Shown here in pieces: positions 10,182-19,738 of a DNA stretch of 64,000 nt (position 1 is its first letter; each line of letters starts with the position of its first letter). Where the stretch lies: contig CAYJKM010000002.1 of the NCBI GenBank assembly GCA_964370805.1, forward strand, positions 1,599-65,598, given 5' to 3'. A program made the translations under genes and the position numbers. The notes beneath the pieces are model-generated. The model was not told the origin of the DNA. It did not search any database and worked only from the letters and a program-made list of their open reading frames with translations. This stretch comes from an uncultured Alphaproteobacteria bacterium. Its GTDB lineage: Bacteria; Electryoneota; RPQS01.

Positions 10182-10984
10182 TCTCAAGCAGGGGAGCGAT
10201 GAGCGGAGGTTCAGATAATTCACCGGCCGGGACGCCGTACGCGCTGGGCGTAGATATTGGTTCGCACTTCACCAAGCTGGCCGTCTGCGACTCCGCGGGA
10301 AACTTGTGCCAGCACGCGGTGCTGCCGACGCGCAGCCGCCGCCGCGAAGGGCTGCAGGAAGCGCTGGCGGACATCACGGCACGCTTCCCCGTTCGTGCGA
10401 CGTGTGCCACCGGCTATGGACGCAACACGATCGAATGTGACCGTAGAAGCACGGAAATCGTCTGTGCGTCAGTCGGCGTATCAAAGGACTTTCCCCATCG
10501 CAAATCCATCGTTGACATCGGCGGCGAAGACATCAAGATCATCGAAAGCGGGCCGCACGGTGAAGTGGAACATTTCTATATGAACGACAAATGTTCCGCC
10601 GGGACAGGCGCCTTCATCACGGAAATTGCCGAGAAGGCGGAGATTGAACTGAGCGAAATGAGTGAGTTGGCGCAGCAGTCGACGTCTGACCGGATCATGA
10701 ACAGCTTCTGCACGGTGTTTGCCAAGACGGAAATCCTGGGCTGGAAATTCGACGGCGTGCCGATTGAGGACATGTCACGCGGCATCTACCTTTCGATTAT
10801 CGATCGGATCTGCAAGCTGCCGATCCGGCCCGCATTGCCGGTCTACCTCTGCGGCGGCGTGGCGGCTCATCATCCCTACGTGCGGCAATTACTGGCGGAG
10901 CGGCTGGAAAGCGACGTCGTGATCACGGCTGATCCGCAGTTCATGATTGCGTATGGCGCGGCCCGGCTCGCCGCCGGTATTTAG
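10178..10984 (+). CDS. CoA-substrate-specific enzyme activase (HgdC/BadF-type ATPase)
   Basis: 268 aa. LGVDIGSHFTKLAV plus DIGGEDIKII plus the cluster-helix motif DKCSAGTGAF, all typical of HgdC-like activators. Confidence 0.7.
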   Translation: MISSRGAMSGGSDNSPAGTPYALGVDIGSHFTKLAVCDSAGNLCQHAVLPTRSRRREGLQEALADITARFPVRATCATGYGRNTIECDRRSTEIVCASVGVSKDFPHRKSIVDIGGEDIKIIESGPHGEVEHFYMNDKCSAGTGAFITEIAEKAEIELSEMSELAQQSTSDRIMNSFCTVFAKTEILGWKFDGVPIEDMSRGIYLSIIDRICKLPIRPALPVYLCGGVAAHHPYVRQLLAERLESDVVITADPQFMIAYGAARLAAGI

Positions 10985-11077
10985 TTCGCAGTGCGCAGCG
11001 ATGCAGCGGCGAGGTCCGTTTCGTCAAGAGAAATTCTTCACAACTACATTAGCTTTTCGATTTTCGGAGCAAGCATC

Positions 11078-12136
11078 ATGACGATGATTCACGCTTACCA
11101 AATGACGGCCAAAGACCAGCCGTTTGAACGAGTCTCCTATCCGGCACCGGAGCTGCAGAACGGAGACGTGCTTGTTCAAATTGCCGGCTGCGGTGTGTGT
11201 CACACGGACCTCAGCTTCTGGCATCAAGGAGTTCCAACGCGGCAGGCGCCGCCCTTGACACTGGGACATGAGATCAGCGGGACGGTCGTTGCCGGCCCCG
11301 CCGATCTCGTTGGAAAAAAAGTGGTCATTCCGGCGGTTTTGCCCTGCGGGGAATGTGAACTTTGCCGCTCCGGCCGCAGCAACATCTGCCAGAAACAGAA
11401 GATGCCGGGCAACGACTTTCATGGCGGCTTTGCGAGCCACGTCGTCGTTCCGTCGCGCTATCTGGCGGAAGTGCCGCGCGAGGTGCTTAGCCAATACGAT
11501 CTCGCCGAACTTGCCGTGATTGCCGATGCCGTCGCCACTCCCTATCAAGTGCTCGAGAAGAGCGGCCTCAGAGCCGGAGATTTTGCGATTGTGATCGGCG
11601 TGGGCGGTGTGGGCCTGTATGCGGCGCAGCTGGCCAAGATTCGCGGGGCCAAGGTCATTGCACTTGACATCTCGCAGCAGCGGCTTGAAAGTCTCGCACA
11701 GGCGGGAATTACATCCGTTCTGAATACGAAGGGGATGAGCGTGAAGGAGATCAAGGATGCCGTGAAGGCAGCGGCAAAGTCTCAAGGCGCGTCTGCCTTC
11801 GGGTGGAGGATTTTTGAAATGTCCGGTACGGCCGCCGGGCAGGAATTGGGTTTCGCGCTGCTGGGTATTGCGGGCGTCCTGTCCATCGTCGGCTTCACAC
11901 TGGACAAACTTGAACTGCGGCTCAGCAACGTGATGGCCTTTGATGCCGAGGTGATCGGCACGTGGGGATGCAAACCGGAGCTGTACGCCGACGTGCTGAG
12001 ATTGGTGGGCAGCGGCCAACTCAAACTGAAGCCATTTACCGAGCTGCATCCACTCTCGAAGATCAACGATATTTTCCAACAGGCGCTTGCTCACAGTCTG
12101 CTGAAGCGCGCCGTCCTCGTCCCCGATCTAAATTAG
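11078..12136 (+). CDS. had: Zn-dependent alcohol dehydrogenase (MDR family), candidate 6-hydroxycyclohex-1-ene-1-carbonyl-CoA dehydrogenase (Had-like)
   Basis: About 352 aa from the ATG at 11078 (MTMIHAYQM...). Zn-ADH motifs GCGVCHTDL and GHEISGTVV are present, with a Rossmann motif VIGVGGVGLYAAQLA. The functional call rests on context next to Oah and Dch. Confidence 0.6.
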   Translation: MTMIHAYQMTAKDQPFERVSYPAPELQNGDVLVQIAGCGVCHTDLSFWHQGVPTRQAPPLTLGHEISGTVVAGPADLVGKKVVIPAVLPCGECELCRSGRSNICQKQKMPGNDFHGGFASHVVVPSRYLAEVPREVLSQYDLAELAVIADAVATPYQVLEKSGLRAGDFAIVIGVGGVGLYAAQLAKIRGAKVIALDISQQRLESLAQAGITSVLNTKGMSVKEIKDAVKAAAKSQGASAFGWRIFEMSGTAAGQELGFALLGIAGVLSIVGFTLDKLELRLSNVMAFDAEVIGTWGCKPELYADVLRLVGSGQLKLKPFTELHPLSKINDIFQQALAHSLLKRAVLVPDLN

Positions 12137-12144
12137 GTGATGAC

Positions 12145-13281
12145 ATGACACAACCAACGGCAGTGCTCTCCCAGCAACCCACGCACAACGGCGTCGGCCG
12201 GCAGGATTTGATCGATCACAATCTCGTTCCGACCAATTTCACCGAGATTCTCTACGAACGCCGCCCCTGCCTGGATAAGAACGGTGCACCGGTAGAGGGC
12301 CTTTACAATGCCTGGATCTTTCTGAATAATCCCAAGCAATTCAACTCCTATACGACCGCCGCGGTCAAGGAGGTGATCCTGGCAGTCCGCAAGGCCTCGA
12401 TGGACCGTGCCGTCGTCGCCATTGTATTTACGGCAGTCGGTGACAAGGCGTTCTGCACCGGCGGCAACACCAAAGAGTACGCGGAGTACTATGCCGGGCG
12501 CCCGCTTGAGTACAAGCAATACATGCGTCTCTTCAACGATATGATCACGGCCCTGCTGTACTGTGACAAGCCCGTCATCTGTCGCGTCAACGGCATGCGG
12601 GTTGCCGGCGGGCAGGAGATCGGAATGGCATGCGATTTTACGATCGCGAGTGACTTTGCCGTGTTTGGCCAGGCGGGACCCAAGCATGGCAGCGCTCCCG
12701 AAGGCGGCAGCACGGATTTCCTGCATCTCTTTGTTGGCATTGAGCGCGCGATGCAAAGTTGTACGCTGTGCGAAATGTGGACTGCGTATGAAGCGGTCCA
12801 TCTCGGGCTGATTTCGCAGGCTGTGCCGGTACTCAAAGTGGATGGCAAATTCGTTCGCAATCCGCTCGTTATCACCGACCGCTGGTTAGACGAGTCTGGA
12901 GAAGTTGTTTACGGACGCAAGAAGACCGGCGCAGATCTCGATGCCGGAAAGGCCCGGCTTGCCGCCGGGGCGGTGGACCTGACCCCGTTGGACAATGCGG
13001 TGAACGCGCTCGCGACGAAGTTAATGTACATGATGCCGGACTGTGTGAACAAGACCCTTAACAGCATGCGCAAGAAGAAGCTCGAACATTGGGACAAGAA
13101 CCAGCAGTCGAACCGCGATTGGCTGGGTCTCAATATGATGACCGAGGCCAAAGCCGGTTTCCGGGCTTTCAACGAAGGCCCGAAAGACAAGCGCGAAATA
13201 GATTTCATCAAACTGCGTCTGATGCTCGCCGAGGGGCATCCGTGGGACGACGAGCTGGTGGAAGCGATTCTCCCGAGGTAA
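12145..13281 (+). CDS. oah: Crotonase-family ring-opening hydrolase, candidate 6-oxocyclohex-1-ene-1-carbonyl-CoA hydrolase (Oah/BamA-like)
   Basis: About 378 aa from the ATG at 12145 (MTQPTAVLSQQ...). Unusually long for a crotonase, with the oxyanion region AFCTGGNTKEY...VNGMRVAGGQEIGMACDF. The size is typical of Oah/BamA. Confidence 0.6.
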   Translation: MTQPTAVLSQQPTHNGVGRQDLIDHNLVPTNFTEILYERRPCLDKNGAPVEGLYNAWIFLNNPKQFNSYTTAAVKEVILAVRKASMDRAVVAIVFTAVGDKAFCTGGNTKEYAEYYAGRPLEYKQYMRLFNDMITALLYCDKPVICRVNGMRVAGGQEIGMACDFTIASDFAVFGQAGPKHGSAPEGGSTDFLHLFVGIERAMQSCTLCEMWTAYEAVHLGLISQAVPVLKVDGKFVRNPLVITDRWLDESGEVVYGRKKTGADLDAGKARLAAGAVDLTPLDNAVNALATKLMYMMPDCVNKTLNSMRKKKLEHWDKNQQSNRDWLGLNMMTEAKAGFRAFNEGPKDKREIDFIKLRLMLAEGHPWDDELVEAILPR

Positions 13282-13288
13282 ACCCACT

Positions 13289-14065
13289 ATGCCGCAAAAG
13301 GTAGCCAGCGAGACACGGCATGACGGCCAGGTCGTCCGACTGATTCTCGACGCGCCGAAAGCAAATGTGCTGGACGCGGAGATGATGGCGCAATTGCAGT
13401 CCGAACTTGATCGTCTGCAAACTCAGGAGCACCTGAAATGCATCGAGTTTACGGGCCGTGGCGATCATTTCAGTTTCGGCGCCAGCGTGGCCGAACACAC
13501 AAAGGATAAAGCGGGAGCGATGCTCACGCAGTTCCACAAGCTGTTTTACACGTTGGCGGATCTGGCTATTCCGACGGCGGCACTGGTGTCCGGACAGTGC
13601 CTGGGTGGGGCGATGGAACTGGGATTGATGTGCAACTTCCTGTTCGCGGATCGCACCGCCAAGTTCGGACAACCGGAAATCGTGCTGGGCGTGTTTCCGC
13701 CGCCGGCATCCCTCCTGCTGCCCATGAAAATCGGTCAGTCACGTGCCGACGACGTCATCCTGACGGGCCGCAGTTTGTCCAGTGAAGAAGCAGGGAACTT
13801 CGGCCTGCTGACGTTCAGCTATGGCGACCGCAGCGCATTGGAAAGCGGAGTGGACCAGTGGGTGTCGCAGCACATCCTTCCAAAGAGTGCCGCCGCACTC
13901 CGCTTTGCCGTTCGTTCGGCGCGCTGGCAATTCAACCGAATTTTGAAGCAGCAGCTCGACAGCCTGCAGCAATTCTATGTGAACGATCTGATGGCCACAC
14001 ACGACGCCAACGAAGGGATACAGGCATTCCTGGAGAAGCGGCCTCCGGTCTGGACAAACCGATAG
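13289..14065 (+). CDS. dch: Enoyl-CoA hydratase, candidate cyclohexa-1,5-diene-1-carbonyl-CoA hydratase (Dch-like)
   Basis: 258 aa crotonase fold (HFSFGASVAEH...GQCLGGAMELGLMCNF...FGQPEIVLG). Size and position match Dch. Confidence 0.6.
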   Translation: MPQKVASETRHDGQVVRLILDAPKANVLDAEMMAQLQSELDRLQTQEHLKCIEFTGRGDHFSFGASVAEHTKDKAGAMLTQFHKLFYTLADLAIPTAALVSGQCLGGAMELGLMCNFLFADRTAKFGQPEIVLGVFPPPASLLLPMKIGQSRADDVILTGRSLSSEEAGNFGLLTFSYGDRSALESGVDQWVSQHILPKSAAALRFAVRSARWQFNRILKQQLDSLQQFYVNDLMATHDANEGIQAFLEKRPPVWTNR

Positions 14066-14066
14066 C

Positions 14067-14804
14067 ATGAGCGACTTTCAAGGGAAGACCGTCATCGTAA
14101 CCGGGGGTGCACGAGGCATCGGCTATGCCATTGCACGGCGCTTCGCTGACCGGAGCGCAACGGTCTTTGTGCTTGATCGAGACTTTCCGGGTTCGTTCGC
14201 GGAAGACAACCGTCAGTTGCACCTGCAGACGGGAGACCTGACTTCGCGGGATGACATTGAGCAATGCGTTTTGCACGTGCTGTCCCGGAGCGGTCAGATT
14301 GACGTCCTTGTGAATAACGCCGGCATCATTCGCGACAATGTGATCTGGCGGATGAGCGAGGAAGATTTTGACGCCGTCATCGGCGTGAACCTCAAGGGCG
14401 CGTGGCTGATGTGTAAGAGTGTTGTGCCGCATATGCGCGAGCGAAAAAGCGGACGAATCATTAACATCGCGTCGCGGGCCTGGCTGGGAAATGCCGGACA
14501 GACAAATTATTCCGCGTCCAAGGGCGGCCTGGTGAGCATGACGCGGGCGCTGGCGCTTGAACTGGCAGCGTCGCGGATCACGGTGAATGCCGTGGCGCCG
14601 GGGTTGATTGACACGCCCTTGACGCAGGCGCTGCCGCCGGATACCTATCAAATGCTGGTTAAGGCGCAGCCGGGCAAGCGCGCCGGGACGCCGGAGGATG
14701 TGGCGGCGGCCGTCTGCTTTCTCGCTTCCGACGAGGCGAGTTTCATTACGGGACAGACGCTCTACGTGGACGGCGGCAAGAGCATCGGAGCGGGAATCGC
14801 GTGA
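14067..14804 (+). CDS. Short-chain dehydrogenase/reductase (SDR, FabG-like)
   Basis: 245 aa. TGGARGIGYAIA glycine motif, NNAG, and a YSASK catalytic tetrad region. Confidence 0.8.
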   Translation: MSDFQGKTVIVTGGARGIGYAIARRFADRSATVFVLDRDFPGSFAEDNRQLHLQTGDLTSRDDIEQCVLHVLSRSGQIDVLVNNAGIIRDNVIWRMSEEDFDAVIGVNLKGAWLMCKSVVPHMRERKSGRIINIASRAWLGNAGQTNYSASKGGLVSMTRALALELAASRITVNAVAPGLIDTPLTQALPPDTYQMLVKAQPGKRAGTPEDVAAAVCFLASDEASFITGQTLYVDGGKSIGAGIA

Positions 14805-15283
14805 CCCCAAATGCACTCATCCAACTGACGCTTACGGTAAACGGCGTCGAGCGCACGTTGCTCGTTCATCCGCACGAAACGCTTTCGCATGTGCTCCGCG
14901 AACAACTGGGATTGACGGGGACTAAGGAAGGATGCAAGGAGGGAAGCTGCGGCGCGTGCACGGTTTTGCTCGGCGGACGACCTGTGCTGAGCTGCATCAC
15001 CCCCGCGCTCCGCTGCCGGCACAAGGAGGTTGTTACCATCGAGGGTGTCGCACGAAATGGCGAATTACATCCGGTGCAAGCGGCATTGGTGGCCAGCGGC
15101 GGCATTCAGTGCGGTTTCTGCACTCCGGGAATGGTGATGGCGATTATCGCTTTCCTGAACGAGAATCCGCAGCCGACTGACGAGCAAATCCGCACAGCAC
15201 TGTCCGGCAATCTCTGTCGCTGCACCGGCTACACGAAAATCATCGCGGCCGTCAAGGACGCTGCGGAGGTGATGAGCGCGTGA
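14801..15283 (+). CDS. hcrC: [2Fe-2S]-binding small subunit of XDH-family molybdoenzyme, candidate 4-hydroxybenzoyl-CoA reductase gamma subunit
   Basis: 160 aa, GTG start overlapping the SDR stop. Plant-type ferredoxin motif CKEGSCGACTV and a second cluster motif QCGFCTPG...CRCTGY. Confidence 0.75.
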   Translation: MTPNALIQLTLTVNGVERTLLVHPHETLSHVLREQLGLTGTKEGCKEGSCGACTVLLGGRPVLSCITPALRCRHKEVVTIEGVARNGELHPVQAALVASGGIQCGFCTPGMVMAIIAFLNENPQPTDEQIRTALSGNLCRCTGYTKIIAAVKDAAEVMSA

Positions 15284-17556
15284 GCGGCATCGTAGGTAAA
15301 CCTGTGCCGCTTGTGGATGCCCGTGACAAAGTCACAGGGACAGCCAAGTACACCGATGATTTTCGCTTTGCGAATGCCCTGCATGTAGCGTTTCTTCGCA
15401 GCCCGTACGCGCACGCGCGAATCAGGAAGATCGATACGGCGTTGGCGGAAGCCCATCCGGCAGTGGCGGCCGTCACCACCGGCATTGAGATCCCCACCGC
15501 CTTCGGAATTCTCCCGATCAGTGCGGACGAAACCGCCATGGCCGTAGACAAAGTTCGTTTCATCGGCGAGATTGTCGCGGCGGCGGCGGCTGAAAGCAAA
15601 GAGGATGCCGAAGCGGCGGTGAAACTCATTCAGGTGGATTATGAACTGCTGGAACCCGTGCTCGATCCGGAAGTCGCCGTTCAGGAATGCGGGCCGGAGC
15701 AACAGATTCACAGCCACTCGCGGCACTCGAATATTCACAAAGTCGCCGAGCTGAGCTTCAACGACCCGCAGGGTGGAATTGAAGCGGCGCCGCACCGGCG
15801 CTCGGCGGAATTCAAATTCGCCGGCGTGACTCACGCCTTCACAGAGCCCCACGCCACGTGGGCGGTCCCGGAATCGGACGGATCGCTGACAGTCATCAGC
15901 GCCACCCAAGTCCCTCACTATTTGCAGCGAACGCTCAGCAGCGTGCTGAAACTGCCGCTGCACAAGGTGCGGGTGATCAAACCCGCTCTGGGGGGCGGAT
16001 TCGGCGGCAAGAGCGATCCCTTTCCGCATGAACTGATCACGGCCCACCTCGCGTGGAAGTCTCAGCGGCTGGTGCGCTGCAGCTTCAGCCGCGAAGAAGT
16101 CTTCCTCAACAATCACGGCCGTCATCCCACACGGATGACGATGACGTTGGGTTGTGATCACGACGGCAAACTCTCCGGTCTGTGGGGAGACATTATTATT
16201 GACGGTGGAGCCTTCGCCAGCTTCGGCGTCGTCACTACCTATTATAACGGCGTTCTGCTTCAAGGGCCGTACCGGATAGATCGTTTCGGTTTTCGCACGC
16301 GGCGTGTCTATACGAACAAACCGCAGTGCGGTGCGATGCGCGGGCACGGTGCCGTCAACTCGCGGTTTGCCGTCGAAACGCTGATCGACATGCTGGCGCA
16401 TGATGCGGGGATCGATCCCTGTGACTTCCGCTTGCGGAATTTCCTCCCCGCCAACACACTCACGGTGGGACAGCTTCGAATCACCAGCAACGGCGTCAGA
16501 GAGTGTTTGGAGAGCGTTCGCCGGAAGTCGGCTTGGGATCAGCGCCACGGCAAACTGCCATACGGTCGCGGTCTTGGCGTAGCCTGCGGGATGTACATTT
16601 CGGGCAGTGCATTGCCGATCTTGTGGAACCGTCAGCCGCAAACGGTTGTGCATGCGAAGCTCGATTATGACGGAAGCGTCGTCATCTTCAGCGGCGCCGC
16701 TGACATCGGCCAGGGCAGCGATACGATGCTGGCGCAGATCGCGGCGGAAGTGCTCGGAATTTCTCTCGACCGCGTGCGCGTGGTCTCCGCGGATACAAAG
16801 CTCACGCCCGTCGATCTGGGAAGTTATTCCAGCCGTGTGACGTTTATGGTCGGCAACGCTGCCAAGCATGCGGCCGCTAAGCTTCGCGATGAGATGACGT
16901 CGGCCATCGGCCGGGAAAAAGGTGTCGCTCCCGAGTCCTTGCGGTTTGAAGATGAGCGCGTCGTATCCACCGACGGATCAGTAAACCTGAGTTGGGACGA
17001 AGCGGTCGAGATCGCCACCGCGTTTCGGGGTTCGTTTGTCGAGAGCGGCTGCTATATTTCTCCCCGGCTCGGGGGGAATTTCAAAGGTTCCGGAGCCGGT
17101 TTAAGCCCGTCTTACAGTTTCGGTGCGTTTGTCAGTGAGGTCGAGGTCAATCCGCACTCGGGACATGTGCGCGTGGTCAAGGTGTGGGGCGCGCATGATT
17201 GCGGGAAGGCGCTCAACCCACTTGCCGCCGAAGGCCAGATTGAAGGCAGCATTCACATGGGGCTGGGCCAGACACTCAGCGAGGAAATGCGCTATCAAGA
17301 GGGTCGTCTGATGAATGCGAACTTCACGGACTATCGCATTCCCACCGCCGTCGACACTCCCGCCATGGATGTCACGCTGGTCGAATCCGGGGATCCCGAG
17401 GGACCGTTTGGAGCGAAGGAAGTGGGCGAAGGTGCGATTCATCCGGTTCTGCCGGCGATCGGCAATGCTATCTATGACGCCATTGGCGTGCGCATGTACG
17501 AACTTCCCATCACACCGGATAGGGTATTGAAAGCACTGCGGGAGCAGAAATCGTGA
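15280..17556 (+). CDS. hcrA: Molybdopterin-binding large subunit of XDH-family enzyme, candidate 4-hydroxybenzoyl-CoA reductase alpha subunit
   Basis: 758 aa aldehyde-oxidase/xanthine-dehydrogenase a/b hammerhead plus MoCo-binding domains (VDARDKVTG.AKYTDD, GGGFGGK, HMGLGQ...E). GTGA overlap with hcrC. Confidence 0.8.
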   Translation: MSGIVGKPVPLVDARDKVTGTAKYTDDFRFANALHVAFLRSPYAHARIRKIDTALAEAHPAVAAVTTGIEIPTAFGILPISADETAMAVDKVRFIGEIVAAAAAESKEDAEAAVKLIQVDYELLEPVLDPEVAVQECGPEQQIHSHSRHSNIHKVAELSFNDPQGGIEAAPHRRSAEFKFAGVTHAFTEPHATWAVPESDGSLTVISATQVPHYLQRTLSSVLKLPLHKVRVIKPALGGGFGGKSDPFPHELITAHLAWKSQRLVRCSFSREEVFLNNHGRHPTRMTMTLGCDHDGKLSGLWGDIIIDGGAFASFGVVTTYYNGVLLQGPYRIDRFGFRTRRVYTNKPQCGAMRGHGAVNSRFAVETLIDMLAHDAGIDPCDFRLRNFLPANTLTVGQLRITSNGVRECLESVRRKSAWDQRHGKLPYGRGLGVACGMYISGSALPILWNRQPQTVVHAKLDYDGSVVIFSGAADIGQGSDTMLAQIAAEVLGISLDRVRVVSADTKLTPVDLGSYSSRVTFMVGNAAKHAAAKLRDEMTSAIGREKGVAPESLRFEDERVVSTDGSVNLSWDEAVEIATAFRGSFVESGCYISPRLGGNFKGSGAGLSPSYSFGAFVSEVEVNPHSGHVRVVKVWGAHDCGKALNPLAAEGQIEGSIHMGLGQTLSEEMRYQEGRLMNANFTDYRIPTAVDTPAMDVTLVESGDPEGPFGAKEVGEGAIHPVLPAIGNAIYDAIGVRMYELPITPDRVLKALREQKS

Positions 17557-18527
17557 AGGTTGGCATTGCACCTCGTGAGCCGTTGGTGTCGTACGCAATG
17601 CCTCCGACCGTGGAGGAAGCGCTGAGCCTCGCGCAGGAATACGCGGGAGCATGTGAGTTCATTGCCGGGGGAACGGATTCAGAAATCCGGCGACGACTCG
17701 GTCTGCGCCGCCAGCCGATGATCATTGACCTTTCGGGCATCCGCGAGTTGAGACGGCTGGATGGATCCGGAGGTGCATTGAATGTCGGGGCGCTGGTTAC
17801 TCTGCACGAGTTGACCGTTGCGCCGGAAGTCACCGGACTGTTTCCCATGATCGCCGCCGCGGCCGCATCCGTTGCTACGCCCGTCATACGAGAGACGGCA
17901 ACGATCGGCGGCAACCTACTGGTGAGCAATCGGTGCACGTTCTACAATCAGTCGCAATTCTGGCGGAATTCGATCGGTTCGTGCCTGCGCGACATCGGTG
18001 ATACTTGTCTGGTGACAGGGATTCGAAATGGCCAGTGCTTTTCGCGCAATGTATCCGACCTGGCAGCGGCGCTGATTGCGCACAATGCAGAAGTCGTGGT
18101 TCAAAATTCGCGCGGCCGGGAGCAAATTTCGCTGAGCAGTTTGTATGCGATGGACGGCCTTCGTCCTGTGTGCGGTCTTGATGAGCATGCTCTGCTCACC
18201 GGCATTCACATCGGTGAGCCTGCGAAGGCCTGGGGTTTTCGCAAGCTCCGCCTGCGCGAGAGCCTCGATTTCACTTCTCTAACGGCGGCGGCCACGTTGG
18301 ATCGAAACGGCAACTTCCGGATCTGTCTCAATGGAATTGCGATGGCGCCGATTCTGGTCCAGGGGAGCATGACTGAGTTATCGCTGGATGAAACCAAGCG
18401 CCAACTGCGGCTGAAAGCAAAGCCTGTAAACAACGACCTGCTTCCGCTCGACTACCGGAAGCGAATGATGGATACTTACGTGGAGGAATTGTGGAATGAA
18501 CTCACGTCACCGGAGCGACACCCATGA
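17553..18527 (+). CDS. hcrB: FAD-binding medium subunit, candidate 4-hydroxybenzoyl-CoA reductase beta subunit with an extra 4-Cys ([4Fe-4S]) insertion loop
   Basis: 324 aa CoxM/XdhB-like FAD_binding_5 fold. It contains an inserted loop C128-x15-C144-x7-C152-x9-C162 (nt about 17934-18038), not present in ordinary XDH/CODH medium subunits. Confidence 0.75.
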   Translation: MKVGIAPREPLVSYAMPPTVEEALSLAQEYAGACEFIAGGTDSEIRRRLGLRRQPMIIDLSGIRELRRLDGSGGALNVGALVTLHELTVAPEVTGLFPMIAAAAASVATPVIRETATIGGNLLVSNRCTFYNQSQFWRNSIGSCLRDIGDTCLVTGIRNGQCFSRNVSDLAAALIAHNAEVVVQNSRGREQISLSSLYAMDGLRPVCGLDEHALLTGIHIGEPAKAWGFRKLRLRESLDFTSLTAAATLDRNGNFRICLNGIAMAPILVQGSMTELSLDETKRQLRLKAKPVNNDLLPLDYRKRMMDTYVEELWNELTSPERHP

Positions 18528-19738
18528 GTGACACCGCGCGTCTGTTTCCCCGTGCCAGGATTCCCTACGGGACCTGGGGCAGCAGCTACTTTCCCGCCTG
18601 GCAGTCATCGCCCCTGGCTGAAGTCAACATCGGGCAGTTTGCCGGCGAAGCGATGAATCGGATTCTTGGCAAACGCAGAGTCCCGCAATCTGCGCTTGAT
18701 TACTTGATCATCGGCTCAACCATTCCCTGGCACTGGAAATTCTGGAACGCGCCGCTGGTAGCCACCTGTGTCGGGCATCGCGTTCCCGGTTATCATGTGG
18801 AGCAGGCTTGTGCCACGGGGCTGCAAGCCATCATGCTCTCAGCGGCGCAAGTCGAAACCGCAGCCAGTGACGTGGTCGGCGTCCTGACGTTTGATCGTAC
18901 CAGCGATTCGCCTGTCGGCGTCTTTCCGGAACGCCGTGCCTACCGCCGCACCGAAGTGCTGGCCGACGTGTGGGACAACTTTGGCTTCGACCCGTCAACC
19001 GGCAAAGCAATGATTGCGACTGCCGGCACGACCGCGCGCAAGTACAAGATTGATCGCCGCGAAGTGGACGAGCTGACCTGCCAACGCTATCAGCAGTACT
19101 TTGATGCGAAAGACTCCGGCTTCCTTGATCGTGTCTTAATGCCGTTCGACATCCTTGGAGTCCAAGGGAAGTCGCTGGGCGTGGTGGACGAAGATACCGG
19201 AGTTCGCAGGATCAGCATGGCAGCGCTGCGGGAGATGCGCGAACTGGACACGTGTGTCACGGCGGGCACGCAAACTCATGCCGCGGACGGAATGGCGGCC
19301 ATGCTGGTCACGAGCGAAGCGAAAGCGCGCGAACTCAGCACGCGACCCGAAATCAATATCGAGTTTGTCGGCAAGATGGAGATCCGAACCTCGCCCGGCA
19401 TGATGCCCGAAGCGCCCGGCCTGGCGGTCGGCAAACTGCTGGAGCGGACGGGATTGAACGTATCGGATATGGCGGTGATCAAGAATCACAATCCGTTCGC
19501 GGTCAACGACGCGATTTTCGCCAAACAATTCAACTACGACTGGCACAACATGAACAATTCGGGTTGTTCTCTGGTCTGGGGTCATCCCCAGGGCCCGACG
19601 TTGACGCGAATCGTCATTGAAGCACTGGAAGAAGCGGTGGATCTTGGCGGCGGATATGTGCTGGTGTTTGGCTGCGCCGCCGGCGACGTCGGCATTGCGG
19701 CCATGCTGAAAGTAACGGACAGGGGGACATCGAAATGA
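18524..19738 (+). CDS. Thiolase-family acyl-CoA acetyl/acyltransferase
   Basis: 404 aa. N-terminal active-site Cys region VEQACATGLQAI and C-terminal GHPQGPT...FGCAAGDVGIA thiolase signature. ATGA overlap. Confidence 0.7.
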   Translation: MSDTARLFPRARIPYGTWGSSYFPAWQSSPLAEVNIGQFAGEAMNRILGKRRVPQSALDYLIIGSTIPWHWKFWNAPLVATCVGHRVPGYHVEQACATGLQAIMLSAAQVETAASDVVGVLTFDRTSDSPVGVFPERRAYRRTEVLADVWDNFGFDPSTGKAMIATAGTTARKYKIDRREVDELTCQRYQQYFDAKDSGFLDRVLMPFDILGVQGKSLGVVDEDTGVRRISMAALREMRELDTCVTAGTQTHAADGMAAMLVTSEAKARELSTRPEINIEFVGKMEIRTSPGMMPEAPGLAVGKLLERTGLNVSDMAVIKNHNPFAVNDAIFAKQFNYDWHNMNNSGCSLVWGHPQGPTLTRIVIEALEEAVDLGGGYVLVFGCAAGDVGIAAMLKVTDRGTSK

